A program made the translations under genes and the position numbers. Shown here piece by piece: positions 63,871-64,000 of a stretch of DNA of 64,000 bases. The notes beneath the pieces were generated by a model. The model was not told the DNA's origin, made no database searches, and saw nothing but the letters and a program-made list of their open reading frames with translations. The DNA comes from Octopus vulgaris (Eukaryota), in NCBI GenBank assembly GCA_951406725.2, contig OX597816.1, forward strand, positions 135,098,001 to 135,162,000. Reading direction: 5' to 3'. Positions within the stretch are counted from its first letter, which is position 1, and every line of letters begins with the position of its first letter.

Positions 63871-64000
63871 CATCCTTAACTGAAAGGTCAGTTGACTGAT
63901 TGAATCAGTAGAACACTGAACAAAATGTATTGCAGTATTTAGTTGCATCGTTTCTCAGAACAATTCCTGAGATAGACTTTAACCTTTCATCTTCCAAGGG

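Overview
AT-rich, intron- and repeat-dense animal genomic DNA. It is most likely an octopus or other coleoid cephalopod, judged from the SINE/LINE families and microsatellite load (inference). Two host genes lie on the minus strand. (1) A complete 14-coding-exon VEPH1/Melted gene (59529 to 17836); my hand-spliced model is 2424 nt / 807 aa, with GT-AG introns, consistent phases and a C-terminal PH domain. (2) A diverged HAUS1 (augmin subunit 1)-like gene (about 3084 to 1001). The rest is tRNA-derived SINEs, RTE/CR1-L2/R4 LINE remnants, mariner and Tigger fossils, piggyBac- and hAT-type MITEs, Penelope-like elements and microsatellites. Most notable: an intact 468-aa zinc-knuckle ORF1 element that runs straight into a LINE-type 3' end with no ORF2; non-canonical minimal hammerhead-ribozyme folds in Penelope-like inserts inside VEPH1 introns; several long intronic fold-backs, including an 88-nt near-perfect hairpin; a 2x2 head/tail swap among SINEs; a tandem RVxF-like motif in VEPH1; and an apparent CpG-depletion boundary near 10 kb. 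No CRISPR array, rRNA or genuine tRNA gene was seen. Repeat boundaries without a stated TSD/TIR are approximate, and family names come from recalled motifs, not database searches.
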